From assembly GCA_043821645.1 (NCBI GenBank), contig JBDRCO010000081.1, forward strand, positions 32,484 to 96,483: a DNA stretch of 64,000 nt, given 5' to 3'. The notes under the pieces are model-generated. The model did no database searches, was not told where the DNA came from, and was given only the letters and a program-made list of their open reading frames with translations. Of the stretch, positions 28,521 through 38,423 are shown piece after piece; position 1 is the stretch's first letter; the number at the start of each line of letters is the position of its first letter. Made by a program: the position numbers and the translations under genes. This DNA comes from Pseudomonadota bacterium (GTDB taxonomy: Bacteria > Myxococcota > JACRCW01 > JAFGSX01).

Positions 28521-29591
28521 ATGCGCAGAGCCGCCGGGATCGCGATGCAGGTCTTTGCGTGTGTGGCCTTTCACGCCGCGTGCGCGGATCCCGGCGCCAT
28601 CGACGCCCTGCCCCCAGCCCTCGAGGCTGCGCGGCAGGGCGATCTGTCCACCCTCGACGCCCTGCGCACGCGGGGCGACGGCGTGCGCGCGCGCGATGGC
28701 GTCGAACGCTCGGCCCTGCACTGGGCTGCGTGGAGCGGTCAGACAGAGGTCCTGCGCTGGCTGCTGGCGCAGGGACTCGACGTCGAGGCGCGGGCGCGCC
28801 TGGACCAGCGCCCCCTGCACCTGGCCGCCCTGGCTGGTCAGCTCGAGGCCGCGCGGGCCCTGCTCGACGCCGGGGCCGAGGTCGACGCTCGCAACCTGTA
28901 CCAGATGACGCCGCTGCACCTGACCGCCAGCGTCGAGGTGGCGCGCCTGCTGCTGGATCGCGGCGCGGACCTGCACGCCCTCGACCAGCGGCGCATGACC
29001 CCGCTGCACTACACGGTGAAGAAGGACCTGGCCAAGCTGCTCATCGATCGCGGCGCCAGCGTCATCGCCGTGGACGAGGCCGATACCACGCCAGAGCAGA
29101 TGACGGGCGTGGCGAGCTGCCAGCCGGGAGCGCTGCGCGTGTTTCCTCGACGTGACCGGGTGCGCCTGCGGGGCGACCAGGCCACGCTGCAGATCGTGGT
29201 GCTGAGCGTGGTGGCCGGCCCGCTTCGCGCGCTGCGTTTGGAGGCGCGTGCCGACGGCGTCGATGTCGACGTGCGTCCAGCGCAGATCGCTACCTTCGCG
29301 CCCACCCAGAGCACGCTGTTCGAGCTGCGCGTGCAGCGCCGCCCGGAGCTGCTGGTGGGTGAGATCCCGCTGCACCTGCGCTGGCTGGCCGAAGGCCGCG
29401 AGGTCGCCTCCTGCCTGCTCGAAGTGGACAGCCGGCCTGGCCCCACCCCCGAGGACCAGGGCCTGATCCGCGCCGGCACGCTTCCCATCCGCCAGCGCCC
29501 GGCCTGGCTGGCCTACGCCGTGCTCGGCCTGGCACCCCTGCTGCTGCTCGGCCTGTGGTGGGTCTTTGTGCGACGACGACGCCACAGCTGA
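28521..29591 (+). CDS. Exported ankyrin-repeat protein with an Ig-like domain and a C-terminal TM anchor
   Basis: SALHWAA, PLHLAA, TPLHL and TPLHY ankyrin repeats. C-terminal LLLLGLWWVFVRRRR. Confidence 0.85.
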   Translation: MRRAAGIAMQVFACVAFHAACADPGAIDALPPALEAARQGDLSTLDALRTRGDGVRARDGVERSALHWAAWSGQTEVLRWLLAQGLDVEARARLDQRPLHLAALAGQLEAARALLDAGAEVDARNLYQMTPLHLTASVEVARLLLDRGADLHALDQRRMTPLHYTVKKDLAKLLIDRGASVIAVDEADTTPEQMTGVASCQPGALRVFPRRDRVRLRGDQATLQIVVLSVVAGPLRALRLEARADGVDVDVRPAQIATFAPTQSTLFELRVQRRPELLVGEIPLHLRWLAEGREVASCLLEVDSRPGPTPEDQGLIRAGTLPIRQRPAWLAYAVLGLAPLLLLGLWWVFVRRRRHS

Positions 29592-29637
29592 ACGGCCAGC
29601 GATCGCGTTTATAGGCCGGACTCCGGTGCCAGGCCTT

Positions 29638-31071
29638 TTAGCCGAGACCCGCGCGCCGGACCCTGCCGCGCCTGGTGAGCCACAGGGCCAGGCCCGCCAC
29701 GAAGCCCAGGCTCAGCGGCAGGGAGAGCCAGAAGTGGGTGTTGGCCAGGCCTGGTGCGCCCTTGAGATCGACCAAACTGTCGACCGGAAGACCATAAAAC
29801 ACGCCACTGTAGGATCCGACAAAGGCGACATCGTGGGTGCCAAGGCGCCCGAGCACGGGGGCGGAACCGGCGCTGTCGTCGAGGCTCAGCACATCCCACA
29901 GCGGCCGGCCGGTGTAGGCCAGAAAGCGCAGCACACCGTCGCGGGCGGTGACGCCGTGCAGGTGGTGATCCCAGGCAGCGGTCACCAGCAAGCCCCCCGA
30001 GGCGTCGTCGAGAAAGGCCGCGCTTTCGAACAGGCCGGCGCGGGCACCGTAGCGCCACACGCGGCGGCCGTCTCGAGCATCCACCGCGTGCAAGGTGCGA
30101 TCGAGGGCACCGATGACGACGAGGGGACGGCCCTCCACCAGCGCCACCAGGGGTGCGCCCGCCACCCGCTCGGCAATCTTGTACTGCCAGCGCTCGGCCC
30201 CGTCGTCGAGTCGCACCCTTCGCAGCAGGCCGTAGGCCGAGGCGTAGAACAGCGCTGGCTCGCCCTCGATCAGCGCAAAAGCCGCACTGCCGCGAATGGC
30301 ATCGAGCTCGGTGTGCTGCCAGCGAATCTGGCCGCTCACCGCGTCGAGCAGCGAGAATTTTCCGTCGACACCGCCCACCGCCACCCGGCGCCCGTTGTTC
30401 GACGGGATGCACTGGGGCGCGCTCATGGCGCCGTCTCCCAGGGGTGTGCGCCAGCGCAGCGCGCCGCTGCGCGCGTCCAGGGCGAGCAGCCCGCTCTCCT
30501 GCTGACCCTGACCCAGGGAGCGGTCCCAGACCCAGTAGCTGACGACGAGAGTCGCCTCGCCGTCGGGCCCAGGACTGACACAGGGTGAGCCCAGGCGTGC
30601 GCCGCCAAAGGTGGGGCGCCAGGCCTCGACCGAGTGAATCCACTGGCGCTGGCCCAGGTTCGCGTCGAGGCCGTAGATCAGTCCATCGCTGCTGGCGACG
30701 TAGAGCCAGGTGCGCGCGCCGTCGCGCCACAGCACCGGCGTCGCGGTCACCCCACCGCCGGTGGTGAAGCGCCACTGCTCGACCCCGCTACGAGCGTCGA
30801 GCAGGTACAGGTTGTGATCGTAGCTACCCACGGCGAGCACGGCGCGACCGTCGACCACACCCAGGGCCGGCGATGACCACACGGTCATGCCTGGCTGGTA
30901 GCCCCACACCCGGCCGCTGGCCTCGAAGGTCCAGGCCAGGGGTACACCGGCGGCCGCCACCTCGAGCACGGCCGCCCCTGGGTTGTCGACGCCACCGCGG
31001 CTGCTGAGCCAGTCACCCCGCGCGGGCTCCGTGCGCGCGATCGGGCTGGTGAACAGCAGCCACATCAGCAT
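29638..31071 (-). CDS. PQQ-type (BamB-like) beta-propeller protein with a C-terminal TM anchor
   Basis: Repeated LDAxxGxxxW blades and SSP/GSYD motifs. C-terminal LSLGFVAGLALWLTRR. Start uncertain (31071-31110). Confidence 0.85.
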   Translation of the reverse strand: MLMWLLFTSPIARTEPARGDWLSSRGGVDNPGAAVLEVAAAGVPLAWTFEASGRVWGYQPGMTVWSSPALGVVDGRAVLAVGSYDHNLYLLDARSGVEQWRFTTGGGVTATPVLWRDGARTWLYVASSDGLIYGLDANLGQRQWIHSVEAWRPTFGGARLGSPCVSPGPDGEATLVVSYWVWDRSLGQGQQESGLLALDARSGALRWRTPLGDGAMSAPQCIPSNNGRRVAVGGVDGKFSLLDAVSGQIRWQHTELDAIRGSAAFALIEGEPALFYASAYGLLRRVRLDDGAERWQYKIAERVAGAPLVALVEGRPLVVIGALDRTLHAVDARDGRRVWRYGARAGLFESAAFLDDASGGLLVTAAWDHHLHGVTARDGVLRFLAYTGRPLWDVLSLDDSAGSAPVLGRLGTHDVAFVGSYSGVFYGLPVDSLVDLKGAPGLANTHFWLSLPLSLGFVAGLALWLTRRGRVRRAGLG

Positions 31072-32068
31072 CGGCGCGCGTGCGCCACACATCCTGCACC
31101 TCGAGCGCACTGCGCGGGCAATGGTCCACGCAGGCGTAACACATCTGGCAGAGTTCCGTCGTCACCACGCCTTTTTCGATGGCGGCCACGTCGCACACGC
31201 GGTCGCAGGTGGCGCAGCCGTCGCAGGCTGCGACCTGGTGCACCACGCGCAGGCGCGAGAAGCGATGCAGCACACCGCTGAGGTAACCCCAGGGACAGAG
31301 ATAGCGACAGAAGGAGCGGCTGACGAAGAGCGAGGCCACGGCGATGACCACCGTGCTGACCATGGACGCGGGGTCGCCGCGGGCGGTGAAGGCAAAGTGC
31401 ACCGGCGAGGTGATGCTCAGGTGCGAGGCCGCGGTGACGAAGATGGCGAGCAGGCTGAGCAGGCGCAGGGCGCGGGTGGGTCTGTCCTCGATGACCCCGA
31501 GCAGCACCAGCAAGCACAGCAGCAGCAGGCTGCCCGCCCAGTGCAGCGAGCTGTCCTCGACGAAGAGCTGTTGCCGCGCGCTCATCCACACCAGGCCGCC
31601 GAAGAACAGCGCGGTGACCAGGGCCAGGCCCGCGAGCTGGCCGCGGGTGGCCGGGCGACGGCCGTGCAGCAGGCGCGTGCGCAGCCCGGCCAGCAGCTCC
31701 TGGATGGTGCCGGTGGGGCAGATCCAGCCGCAGAACACCGGCCCCGCGAACACGGTGGTGGCGAGCACCACCACGGGCAGGGCCATCCAGTAAAACGACT
31801 CGGTGTAGGCGCTGCCGAGCAAGGTCAGCCCGTACAGGCCGTTGCGGATCATCCCGAACACGCCCAGGCAGGAGTAGACCACGTAGAAGAAGAACAAGAC
31901 GGAGACGCCCTGCACCACGTGCCGCACCAGCTGCCGCCGGCGGCGAATGCCCGCAATGGCCAGCACCGCCACGAACAGGAACAGGATGGAGGCCATCTCG
32001 ACGTTGGTCTCGTCGAGCGAGATGAAGGGAGTGTCGAACAGCTTGGTGATGGGGAGGCGCTCTGGCAC
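31013..32068 (-). CDS. NapH/MauN/NosR-type membrane 4Fe-4S ferredoxin-like protein
   Basis: FCGWICPTG and FCRYLCPWG motifs, about seven TM helices, CDGCATCDRVC and CQMCYACVDHCP. Confidence 0.88.
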   Translation of the reverse strand: MPERLPITKLFDTPFISLDETNVEMASILFLFVAVLAIAGIRRRRQLVRHVVQGVSVLFFFYVVYSCLGVFGMIRNGLYGLTLLGSAYTESFYWMALPVVVLATTVFAGPVFCGWICPTGTIQELLAGLRTRLLHGRRPATRGQLAGLALVTALFFGGLVWMSARQQLFVEDSSLHWAGSLLLLCLLVLLGVIEDRPTRALRLLSLLAIFVTAASHLSITSPVHFAFTARGDPASMVSTVVIAVASLFVSRSFCRYLCPWGYLSGVLHRFSRLRVVHQVAACDGCATCDRVCDVAAIEKGVVTTELCQMCYACVDHCPRSALEVQDVWRTRADADVAAVHQPDRAHGARAG

Positions 32069-32203
32069 CCGGGGAGTCTAGCGCACTTGTGGGCGCGGGA
32101 GGTCTGTTGTGAGCCCGCGCACACGGCGCGTGCAGGTCGCGCAGATCGTCCGTCGCGGCGGCTCGTTGACAGCTGCAGGAACGCGACAACCCTGGAGGAG
32201 AAC

Positions 32204-33331
32204 ATGAACGCCACCCTGCCCCGCGCCCTTGGCCTCGCTGCCCTGGCCGCGCTGCTCACCACCCCCGCCCTCGCCGACCGCACCGCCAGCCGACCCCAGG
32301 TCGAGGTGGTGTTCGTGCTCGATACCACCGGTTCCATGGGTGGCCTGATCGAGGCCGCCAAGCAAAAGATCTGGTCCGTGGTCAACGAGATCGCCGAGGG
32401 CAAGCCCAGCCCCGACATCAAGCTCGGCCTCATCGGCTACCGCGACAAGGGCGACGCCTACGTCACCACCCGCACCGACCTGAGCGGCGACCTCGACGCG
32501 GTGTACGAAAAGCTCATGGCCCTGGGCGCCGACGGCGGTGGCGACGGCCCCGAGCACGTCAACCAGGCCCTGGCCGAGGCCGTGCACAAGATGAGCTGGT
32601 CGCCCAGCCGCAAGACCCTCAAGGTCATCTACCTGGTCGGCGACGCACCCCCGCACATGGACTACCAAGACGACCAGAAGTACCCGGCGATCGCCCTGCA
32701 GGCGGTGCGCAAGGACCTCATCATCAACACCATACAGTGCGGGAGCTGGGACGAGACGCGGGTCTCCTTCACCGACATCGCGCACCGCAGCGAGGGCACC
32801 TTCATGGCCATCGCCCAGGACGGTGGCGCCGTGGCCGTGGCGACCCCCTACGATGGACGGCTGGCCGAGCTGGCGGGCAAGATGGACAGCACCTACCTGA
32901 CCTACGGCCGCGCCGAGGAGCAGGCTGCGCGCAAGGCCAAGCTCGTGCGCTCGGCCGAGGCCACGGTGGCAGCGGCGCCGGCTGCGGCGGCAGACCGCGC
33001 GACCTTCAAGGGCAGCGCGGGCGGCGGCTTCTTCGGCGGACGTGACCTCATCGCCGACGCCGAGACGGGAACCGTCAGCCTGGACAAGCTGGGTGACGAC
33101 GAGCTGCCCATGGAGCTGCGCGGCAAGGACAAGGCCACCCAGGCCACGCTGATCGCGCAGAAAAAGACCGAGCGCGCGCAGATCCAAAAAGAGATCGCCG
33201 CGCTGAGCAAGCAACGCGACGAGCACATCAAGAACGAGATGGCCAAGAAGGGCGGCGCCAAGGACGGCTTCGACGCCAAGGTGGTCGAGAGCCTTCGCGC
33301 CAAAGCCGCGACCAAGGGCATCACCTACTGA
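32204..33331 (+). CDS. Secreted von Willebrand factor A (VWA) domain protein
   Basis: GGAGGAG RBS, signal peptide, MIDAS DTTGSM, YRDKGD, GGGDGPE and GDAPPH. Confidence 0.9.
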   Translation: MNATLPRALGLAALAALLTTPALADRTASRPQVEVVFVLDTTGSMGGLIEAAKQKIWSVVNEIAEGKPSPDIKLGLIGYRDKGDAYVTTRTDLSGDLDAVYEKLMALGADGGGDGPEHVNQALAEAVHKMSWSPSRKTLKVIYLVGDAPPHMDYQDDQKYPAIALQAVRKDLIINTIQCGSWDETRVSFTDIAHRSEGTFMAIAQDGGAVAVATPYDGRLAELAGKMDSTYLTYGRAEEQAARKAKLVRSAEATVAAAPAAAADRATFKGSAGGGFFGGRDLIADAETGTVSLDKLGDDELPMELRGKDKATQATLIAQKKTERAQIQKEIAALSKQRDEHIKNEMAKKGGAKDGFDAKVVESLRAKAATKGITY

Positions 33332-33530
33332 AACAGCCCGTCCTCCTGTCGAGCACCTTCCGCCACTCGTTCATTCTCCGCCACCCCGAACGCTCGCCTC
33401 CCGCGGACGACTTTCTCCTCGTCACGTGGAAAATTCCACTCGACAGGACCGTGCGCGGCAAGCCCCTGCCGGGGGCCCGGCACCAGCCACGCGTGGTCGT
33501 CGAAATTGTCCTTGGTCGGCTCGGCTGGTC

Positions 33531-33546
33531 CGGCACGCTCGGTGCA
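33531..33546 (+). promoter_or_regulatory. Possible sigma54 -24/-12 element upstream of the glycan locus
   Basis: CGGCACG-CTCG-GTGCA has the correct GG-N10-GC spacing, but it lies ~175 bp from the next ATG and such matches are common in GC-rich DNA. Confidence 0.3.
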
Positions 33547-33721
33547 CGTACTCGTTTTGCGCCCTTGCGAGATAACTGTTTGTTTTTGTTGCACACTGGA
33601 AGTGGGATCGCGGACCGCTGCATTGTCGGATGACGAAAAAGATGTTCTGCTCGGGCTGCAAGCGGCAGCCATGAAACCTCGTTAGAATGTACAGGCACAG
33701 GAGCTTGGAGATTCCAGATCG

Positions 33722-34807
33722 ATGAAAGGCCAGCACGCGCTCTACCTCGCCGCGGACCTCGTGTTCCGCTCGCGGATACGACGGGTTATGCCCGCCCTGG
33801 CCATTTTTTTGACCGACCGCTGCAACGGCAAGTGCGTGGCCTGTCCCATTCACCAGACCGGGGGCACCCACCAGCTGTCGCTCGACCAGATCGTTCAGAT
33901 CCGCAAGGAAGCGTCTCGGCTTGGGACGATGATGGTCCTGCTCTCGGGTGGCGAGCCGCTGATGCACCCCGACATCCTCTCCATCATTAACGAGCTGGAG
34001 AACAAAGGAAGGATGCGGGTCAACCTGTCGACGAACGGCAGCTTGGTCAATGCCGAGATGGCCAGGCAGCTGGGCGCCGTCAACCTGACCTCCATCTGCG
34101 TCTCCGTCGAAAGCCCGTCCCGGGAGGTTCACGACGCTCTGCGCGGCATGGGGAGCCACGAGGAGGCCCTGCAGGCGGTGCGCTTGCTCCGCGAGCACGC
34201 TCCCGGCCTGAAAGTCAGCCTGGGAACGACGATCACCGCTCGAAGCCTGGGCACCCTGTCCAAGATGCCAGCCCTGGCGAGAGACCTCGGGGCACACGCC
34301 GTCCGGGTGCAGCTGGTGCGGGATGGCTTTGAACAGGAGGGGCTCGAACCCGAGATTTTCAACAAGCTGAAGATAGCTCCAGGCTCAGCCATGACGCTGC
34401 GCAGCGAGCTCGGCCAGCTGCTTGTGCAGGCAGATACCCACCACATCCGTACAGATTCCAAAGAGTATATGGATGATTTGTGCCGAGCGATCGAGGGCCA
34501 CCGACACATGACCTGCGTGGCGGGGGATTTGATCTGCAGCGTGACCGCCCGGGGGACGATCCGGCCCTGTCCCGCCTCCGATGTCGAGTTGCCTCTGCAA
34601 CACGGGCTGCAGGCGGCCTGGAACTCGAGCCGCTTTGTTGGGTTTCGGGGTTCGCGCGAACACCACACCTGTGCGCAGTCCTGCACCGACTCGACCTACC
34701 ACAACCTGAGCGCGGCACTGGAGCGCCTGCGACAGCTGCGCCTTCCATCCTTGATGAAGGACGTCTCCTATTACTCCCTGCAGCGCGGACCCTGGAGACG
34801 GTCTTGA
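33722..34807 (+). CDS. Radical SAM/SPASM-twitch domain protein
   Basis: CNGKCVAC, SGGEP and STNG. C-terminal CVAG...G.IRPC...C...C. Confidence 0.88.
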   Translation: MKGQHALYLAADLVFRSRIRRVMPALAIFLTDRCNGKCVACPIHQTGGTHQLSLDQIVQIRKEASRLGTMMVLLSGGEPLMHPDILSIINELENKGRMRVNLSTNGSLVNAEMARQLGAVNLTSICVSVESPSREVHDALRGMGSHEEALQAVRLLREHAPGLKVSLGTTITARSLGTLSKMPALARDLGAHAVRVQLVRDGFEQEGLEPEIFNKLKIAPGSAMTLRSELGQLLVQADTHHIRTDSKEYMDDLCRAIEGHRHMTCVAGDLICSVTARGTIRPCPASDVELPLQHGLQAAWNSSRFVGFRGSREHHTCAQSCTDSTYHNLSAALERLRQLRLPSLMKDVSYYSLQRGPWRRS

Positions 34808-35985
34808 TTCCTCGACGACGGGCGAGGACCTATCCAGGCCAGGTCCGTGCGCTGCTCAGCGGCCTCCTCTTCGGCAGCGGTGACGGCGTGGAGGGCTTTC
34901 AGGAAGCCCTGGCGCGCTATCTCGGCGTGCGTTTCGTCCTCCTGACCGCTTCGGGGCGACAGGCCCTGGATCTGTTGCTGGCGGAGTCGGGACTTGCCGC
35001 AGGGGCTCGCATCGTCTTTCCGGCACTGTCGTTGCGCGATTTGCTGGTTCGGGTTCAGTCGGCAGGCTACCGACCCGTCGTCGTCGATGTCGAGGAGAGG
35101 TCGCTCAACATCGCCCCCCAGGCCCTGGATGCCGTGGAGCACTGGGACGCCGTGGTGGCCACCCACCTGTTCGGCAATCCGTGCCGGCTGCCTGGGGTGC
35201 AGGCTGCCGCCAAGAAGCGCGGCGCCGTGCTGTTCGAGGACTGTGCGCACGCCCTGGGTGCTCGCTACGACGGTGCGCCGGTCGGCACTTTCGGCCTGGG
35301 CAGCATCTTCAGCTTTGAGGCCATCAAGAGCGTCAATACCTTTGGCGGCGGTTGCGTGGCCACCAACGATGCAGCGCTGGCCGCTCGGATCGAACACCGT
35401 TTGGCGTCCCTGCCGCTGGACCGGGCGGCGGTGGCGAAGAAGTGTGCCGTGAGCCTGGCCATGGACCTCTTGCTGCGAAGCCCGCTGTATCGCCCGCTCA
35501 CCATCCTGATGGGCTCTGAACTCGCCAAGCAGGCCCTGACCCGAGTCTACCTGTCCATGCGCGACGCCACGGTTCCAAGGCCGACGGCGTACCATCCGGC
35601 GCAGGCCACGGTCGGCGTGCAGCTGCTCAAGAGTCTGGACGCGATGAACCAGCGCTGCCGGCAACTGGCCGAGGCCTATCGTACCCAGCTCGGCGGCCGG
35701 CTCGCGGTGCAGCAGGAAGAGGACCTCGGGCAGAGCAACCGTTACATCATTTCTGCTCTCTGCGACGGTGACGCGCGGGACCTTCAGCGGGAACTGGCGC
35801 GTCGCGGCATCGACGTGGGGATAGGCGAGGAGCTGGTGGATGATTGCAGCGGCTTTGCGGGAGGTCCGCCCTGCCCGGTCGCTCAGGCAGCCGTGTCGCG
35901 GCTGGTGCAGTTGCCTGGCTACCACCAGATGACAGATCGCGATCTGCATCGCGTTGTGCGGGCCGTGGCTGGAGCGCTGGCCTGA
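34804..35985 (+). CDS. DegT/DnrJ/EryC1/StrS PLP-dependent sugar aminotransferase
   Basis: TTG start overlaps the previous stop (TTGA). SGRQAL, THLFGNP, EDCAHALG and FSFEAIK (PLP Lys). Confidence 0.88.
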   Translation: MIPRRRARTYPGQVRALLSGLLFGSGDGVEGFQEALARYLGVRFVLLTASGRQALDLLLAESGLAAGARIVFPALSLRDLLVRVQSAGYRPVVVDVEERSLNIAPQALDAVEHWDAVVATHLFGNPCRLPGVQAAAKKRGAVLFEDCAHALGARYDGAPVGTFGLGSIFSFEAIKSVNTFGGGCVATNDAALAARIEHRLASLPLDRAAVAKKCAVSLAMDLLLRSPLYRPLTILMGSELAKQALTRVYLSMRDATVPRPTAYHPAQATVGVQLLKSLDAMNQRCRQLAEAYRTQLGGRLAVQQEEDLGQSNRYIISALCDGDARDLQRELARRGIDVGIGEELVDDCSGFAGGPPCPVAQAAVSRLVQLPGYHQMTDRDLHRVVRAVAGALA

Positions 35986-36986
35986 TGTCCACCCACGCGC
36001 GCTCCTTTTCGATCATCATTCCGGCATACAACGCCTCAAGAACCCTAGGCAAGCTGCTCGAATCCATACAGCGCGAGTTCCCGGCGGACACCGAAGTCAT
36101 CGTCGTGGATGACCGCTCCACCGACGATACGGTGCAGGTCGTGCAGCGCTATCCTGGGGTGCAGCTGCTCGCCCTGGAGCACAATCGCGGCCCCGGCCAT
36201 GCGCGCAACCGCGGCGTGGCGGCATCGACAGGGGAGATCCTGATCTTCCTGGACGCGGATGTGGTGCTGTGCGCTGACTTTCGTGGCGCCTTGGTGGAGC
36301 AATGGGAGGGGACCCAGGATCCCAAGGCCCTGGTCGGCATGCTCGCCCTGCGGCCTGCCGACGAACATCGCTTCGCCCGCTACAAGGCCGCTCACATGTA
36401 TGGATACACCCTCTCCTTCATCCAGCAGACCGGCGGCACAGGTGCGAACTTCACCACCCAGTGTGGCATCATCGAGCGCGCACTCTTCGACCAGGTCGGC
36501 GGCTTCAGGGAAACGGCCGGGATCACGTGGATAGAGGATGATGAGTTTGGCTACCGACTCGGCGAGCACGCCACGATCAAACTCTGCCCGCAACTGGTGG
36601 TCGGGCACCATTTCGATCGCTTCGGGCCCTGCGTGAAAAAGATGTTCAAGCAGGCGCGGCTGTGGACCCACAACTTCCTGTTCGAGCGGCAGCGCTTTGA
36701 CAACATCGGCAAGACGCCTTCCGAGGCGCTTGGCATGCTGAGCGCGTCGGCCGCGGTGGCAGGAGCACTGTGCAGCGTGCTTTTTCTGGGGCATCCGCTG
36801 CCGGTCGCGGCGACACTGCTGGCCGTTTCGATCTTTGTTTTTTCGTCTCGGGGTTTGTTGTGGACCAGCCTGCGGGAGTACGGACCAGCCGCCTCTCTGT
36901 ATGCCCTGTGCGTGCATGGGTGTATTGGACTGGCGGTGACCTGCGGTGCGGCGTTCGGGTTGCTCCCTTTAGAGAAGTCGAGCTGA
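35985..36986 (+). CDS. Glycosyltransferase family 2 with C-terminal TM helices
   Basis: TGATG coupling. IIIPAYN, VVDDRSTD, ARNRG, FLDAD and IEDDEF. Confidence 0.9.
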   Translation: MSTHARSFSIIIPAYNASRTLGKLLESIQREFPADTEVIVVDDRSTDDTVQVVQRYPGVQLLALEHNRGPGHARNRGVAASTGEILIFLDADVVLCADFRGALVEQWEGTQDPKALVGMLALRPADEHRFARYKAAHMYGYTLSFIQQTGGTGANFTTQCGIIERALFDQVGGFRETAGITWIEDDEFGYRLGEHATIKLCPQLVVGHHFDRFGPCVKKMFKQARLWTHNFLFERQRFDNIGKTPSEALGMLSASAAVAGALCSVLFLGHPLPVAATLLAVSIFVFSSRGLLWTSLREYGPAASLYALCVHGCIGLAVTCGAAFGLLPLEKSS

Positions 36987-36989
36987 GTC

Positions 36990-38423
36990 TTGCGGGTTTT
37001 ACTCACCATACCGCCATGGGATCTTTCGAACACCAACTCAAGCATGAGCCTGAGCGTCGCCGGCACCACCATGCCGGGCGGCCTCGCCTACATGGCAGCC
37101 TCGTTGCGCCGCGCCGGGCACGATCCCGAGATCCTCGACGGCTACCTTGCGTCCGAGAACGAGATGATCGCCCGCTTGCGCAGCCGCAAGCACGAGATGC
37201 TGGCGATCTCCTGCGTCTGTGCCACGGCCGGCGCTGCGGCGCAGCTGGCCCAGCGGGCCCGACGCGAGCTGGGTGAGGGCCTGTTCATCGTCGCCGGTGG
37301 TCAGGGACCCTCGGGAATGGAGAAGAAGTTTTTCGAGCTGGCCCCCGCAGTGGACGCGGTCGTGGTTGGCGAAGGCGAAGAAGCCATCTGCGAGATTGCC
37401 AATCGCCTGGATCGTCCACAGACGATCGCCCAGGTGCCGGGCGTGCTCCACCAGCGGAATGGTGAAGTGATCGTCGGCCCGCCGCCGCGCCTGATCGCCG
37501 ATCTGGACTCCTTGCCGTTTCCGGCGCTGGATTTGCTGAATATTGCGGACTACGTCCCCTCTGCCTCCCACTATCGACGCCTCCCCGTGGCCACGGTGAC
37601 CAGCAGCCGCGGCTGCCCCAATTCCTGCATGTTTTGCTTCAAGATCTCGGGCAACACGATCCGCATGCGCTCGCCCGAGAACGTGGTGGCCGAAATACTG
37701 TTGGCGCACGAGCGCCATGGAGCACGGGAGATCATTTTCTGGGACGAGAACTTCACCCATGACCGGGGACGCGTCCTGGACATCTGCGAGCGCCTGCGGG
37801 CGGCCGGCAATCCGGTGGTCTGGTGGTGCGCGGGCCGGGTGGACGGCGTGGATCTGGAGCTGTTGCAAGCGATGCAGTCCGCCGGCTGCTGGCAGATCCT
37901 GTTTGGGGTGGAGTCGGGGAGCAACCGGATCCTGAACCTGATTGGAAAAAGCACCAACACCGACTTGATTCGCGGTGCCTTCGCCCTGGCCCGACGGGCC
38001 GGGATCAAGACCTATGCGACCTTCATCCTGGGCCACCCCACCGAGACCGTCGACGAGGCCATGCAATCGATAGATTTCGCCCTTGAGCTGGACCCCAACA
38101 TCGCGGAGTTCTTCCCGGCGACACCCTTTTATGGCACGGAGCTGGCGCGAAGAGCCGCCGCGTTCGGTGAGGTCAACGGCGGTCCCGAGAACCTGGGCAT
38201 GCACCTCGCGCCCTTTGTGCCTGCGACCATGACCCGGTCACAGCTCATGGAGCTGCGGCGTCGTGCCCATCGGACTTTTTACATGCGCCCTGCCTACGTC
38301 TTGAAGTATCTGCGCGGGATCCGGACCTGGGTGGAAGTCGCAGACATGTTCAAGGGCGCGGCCACACTACTGCGAGATCAGCTGCCCTCACGGGGCGAAC
38401 GTCCAAAACGCCCGGGGGATTGA
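36990..38423 (+). CDS. Cobalamin-binding (class B) radical SAM protein
   Basis: GLAYMAA, AGG, GEGEE, SSRGCPNSCMFC, FWDENF, GVESGS and FILGHP. Confidence 0.92.
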   Translation: MRVLLTIPPWDLSNTNSSMSLSVAGTTMPGGLAYMAASLRRAGHDPEILDGYLASENEMIARLRSRKHEMLAISCVCATAGAAAQLAQRARRELGEGLFIVAGGQGPSGMEKKFFELAPAVDAVVVGEGEEAICEIANRLDRPQTIAQVPGVLHQRNGEVIVGPPPRLIADLDSLPFPALDLLNIADYVPSASHYRRLPVATVTSSRGCPNSCMFCFKISGNTIRMRSPENVVAEILLAHERHGAREIIFWDENFTHDRGRVLDICERLRAAGNPVVWWCAGRVDGVDLELLQAMQSAGCWQILFGVESGSNRILNLIGKSTNTDLIRGAFALARRAGIKTYATFILGHPTETVDEAMQSIDFALELDPNIAEFFPATPFYGTELARRAAAFGEVNGGPENLGMHLAPFVPATMTRSQLMELRRRAHRTFYMRPAYVLKYLRGIRTWVEVADMFKGAATLLRDQLPSRGERPKRPGD

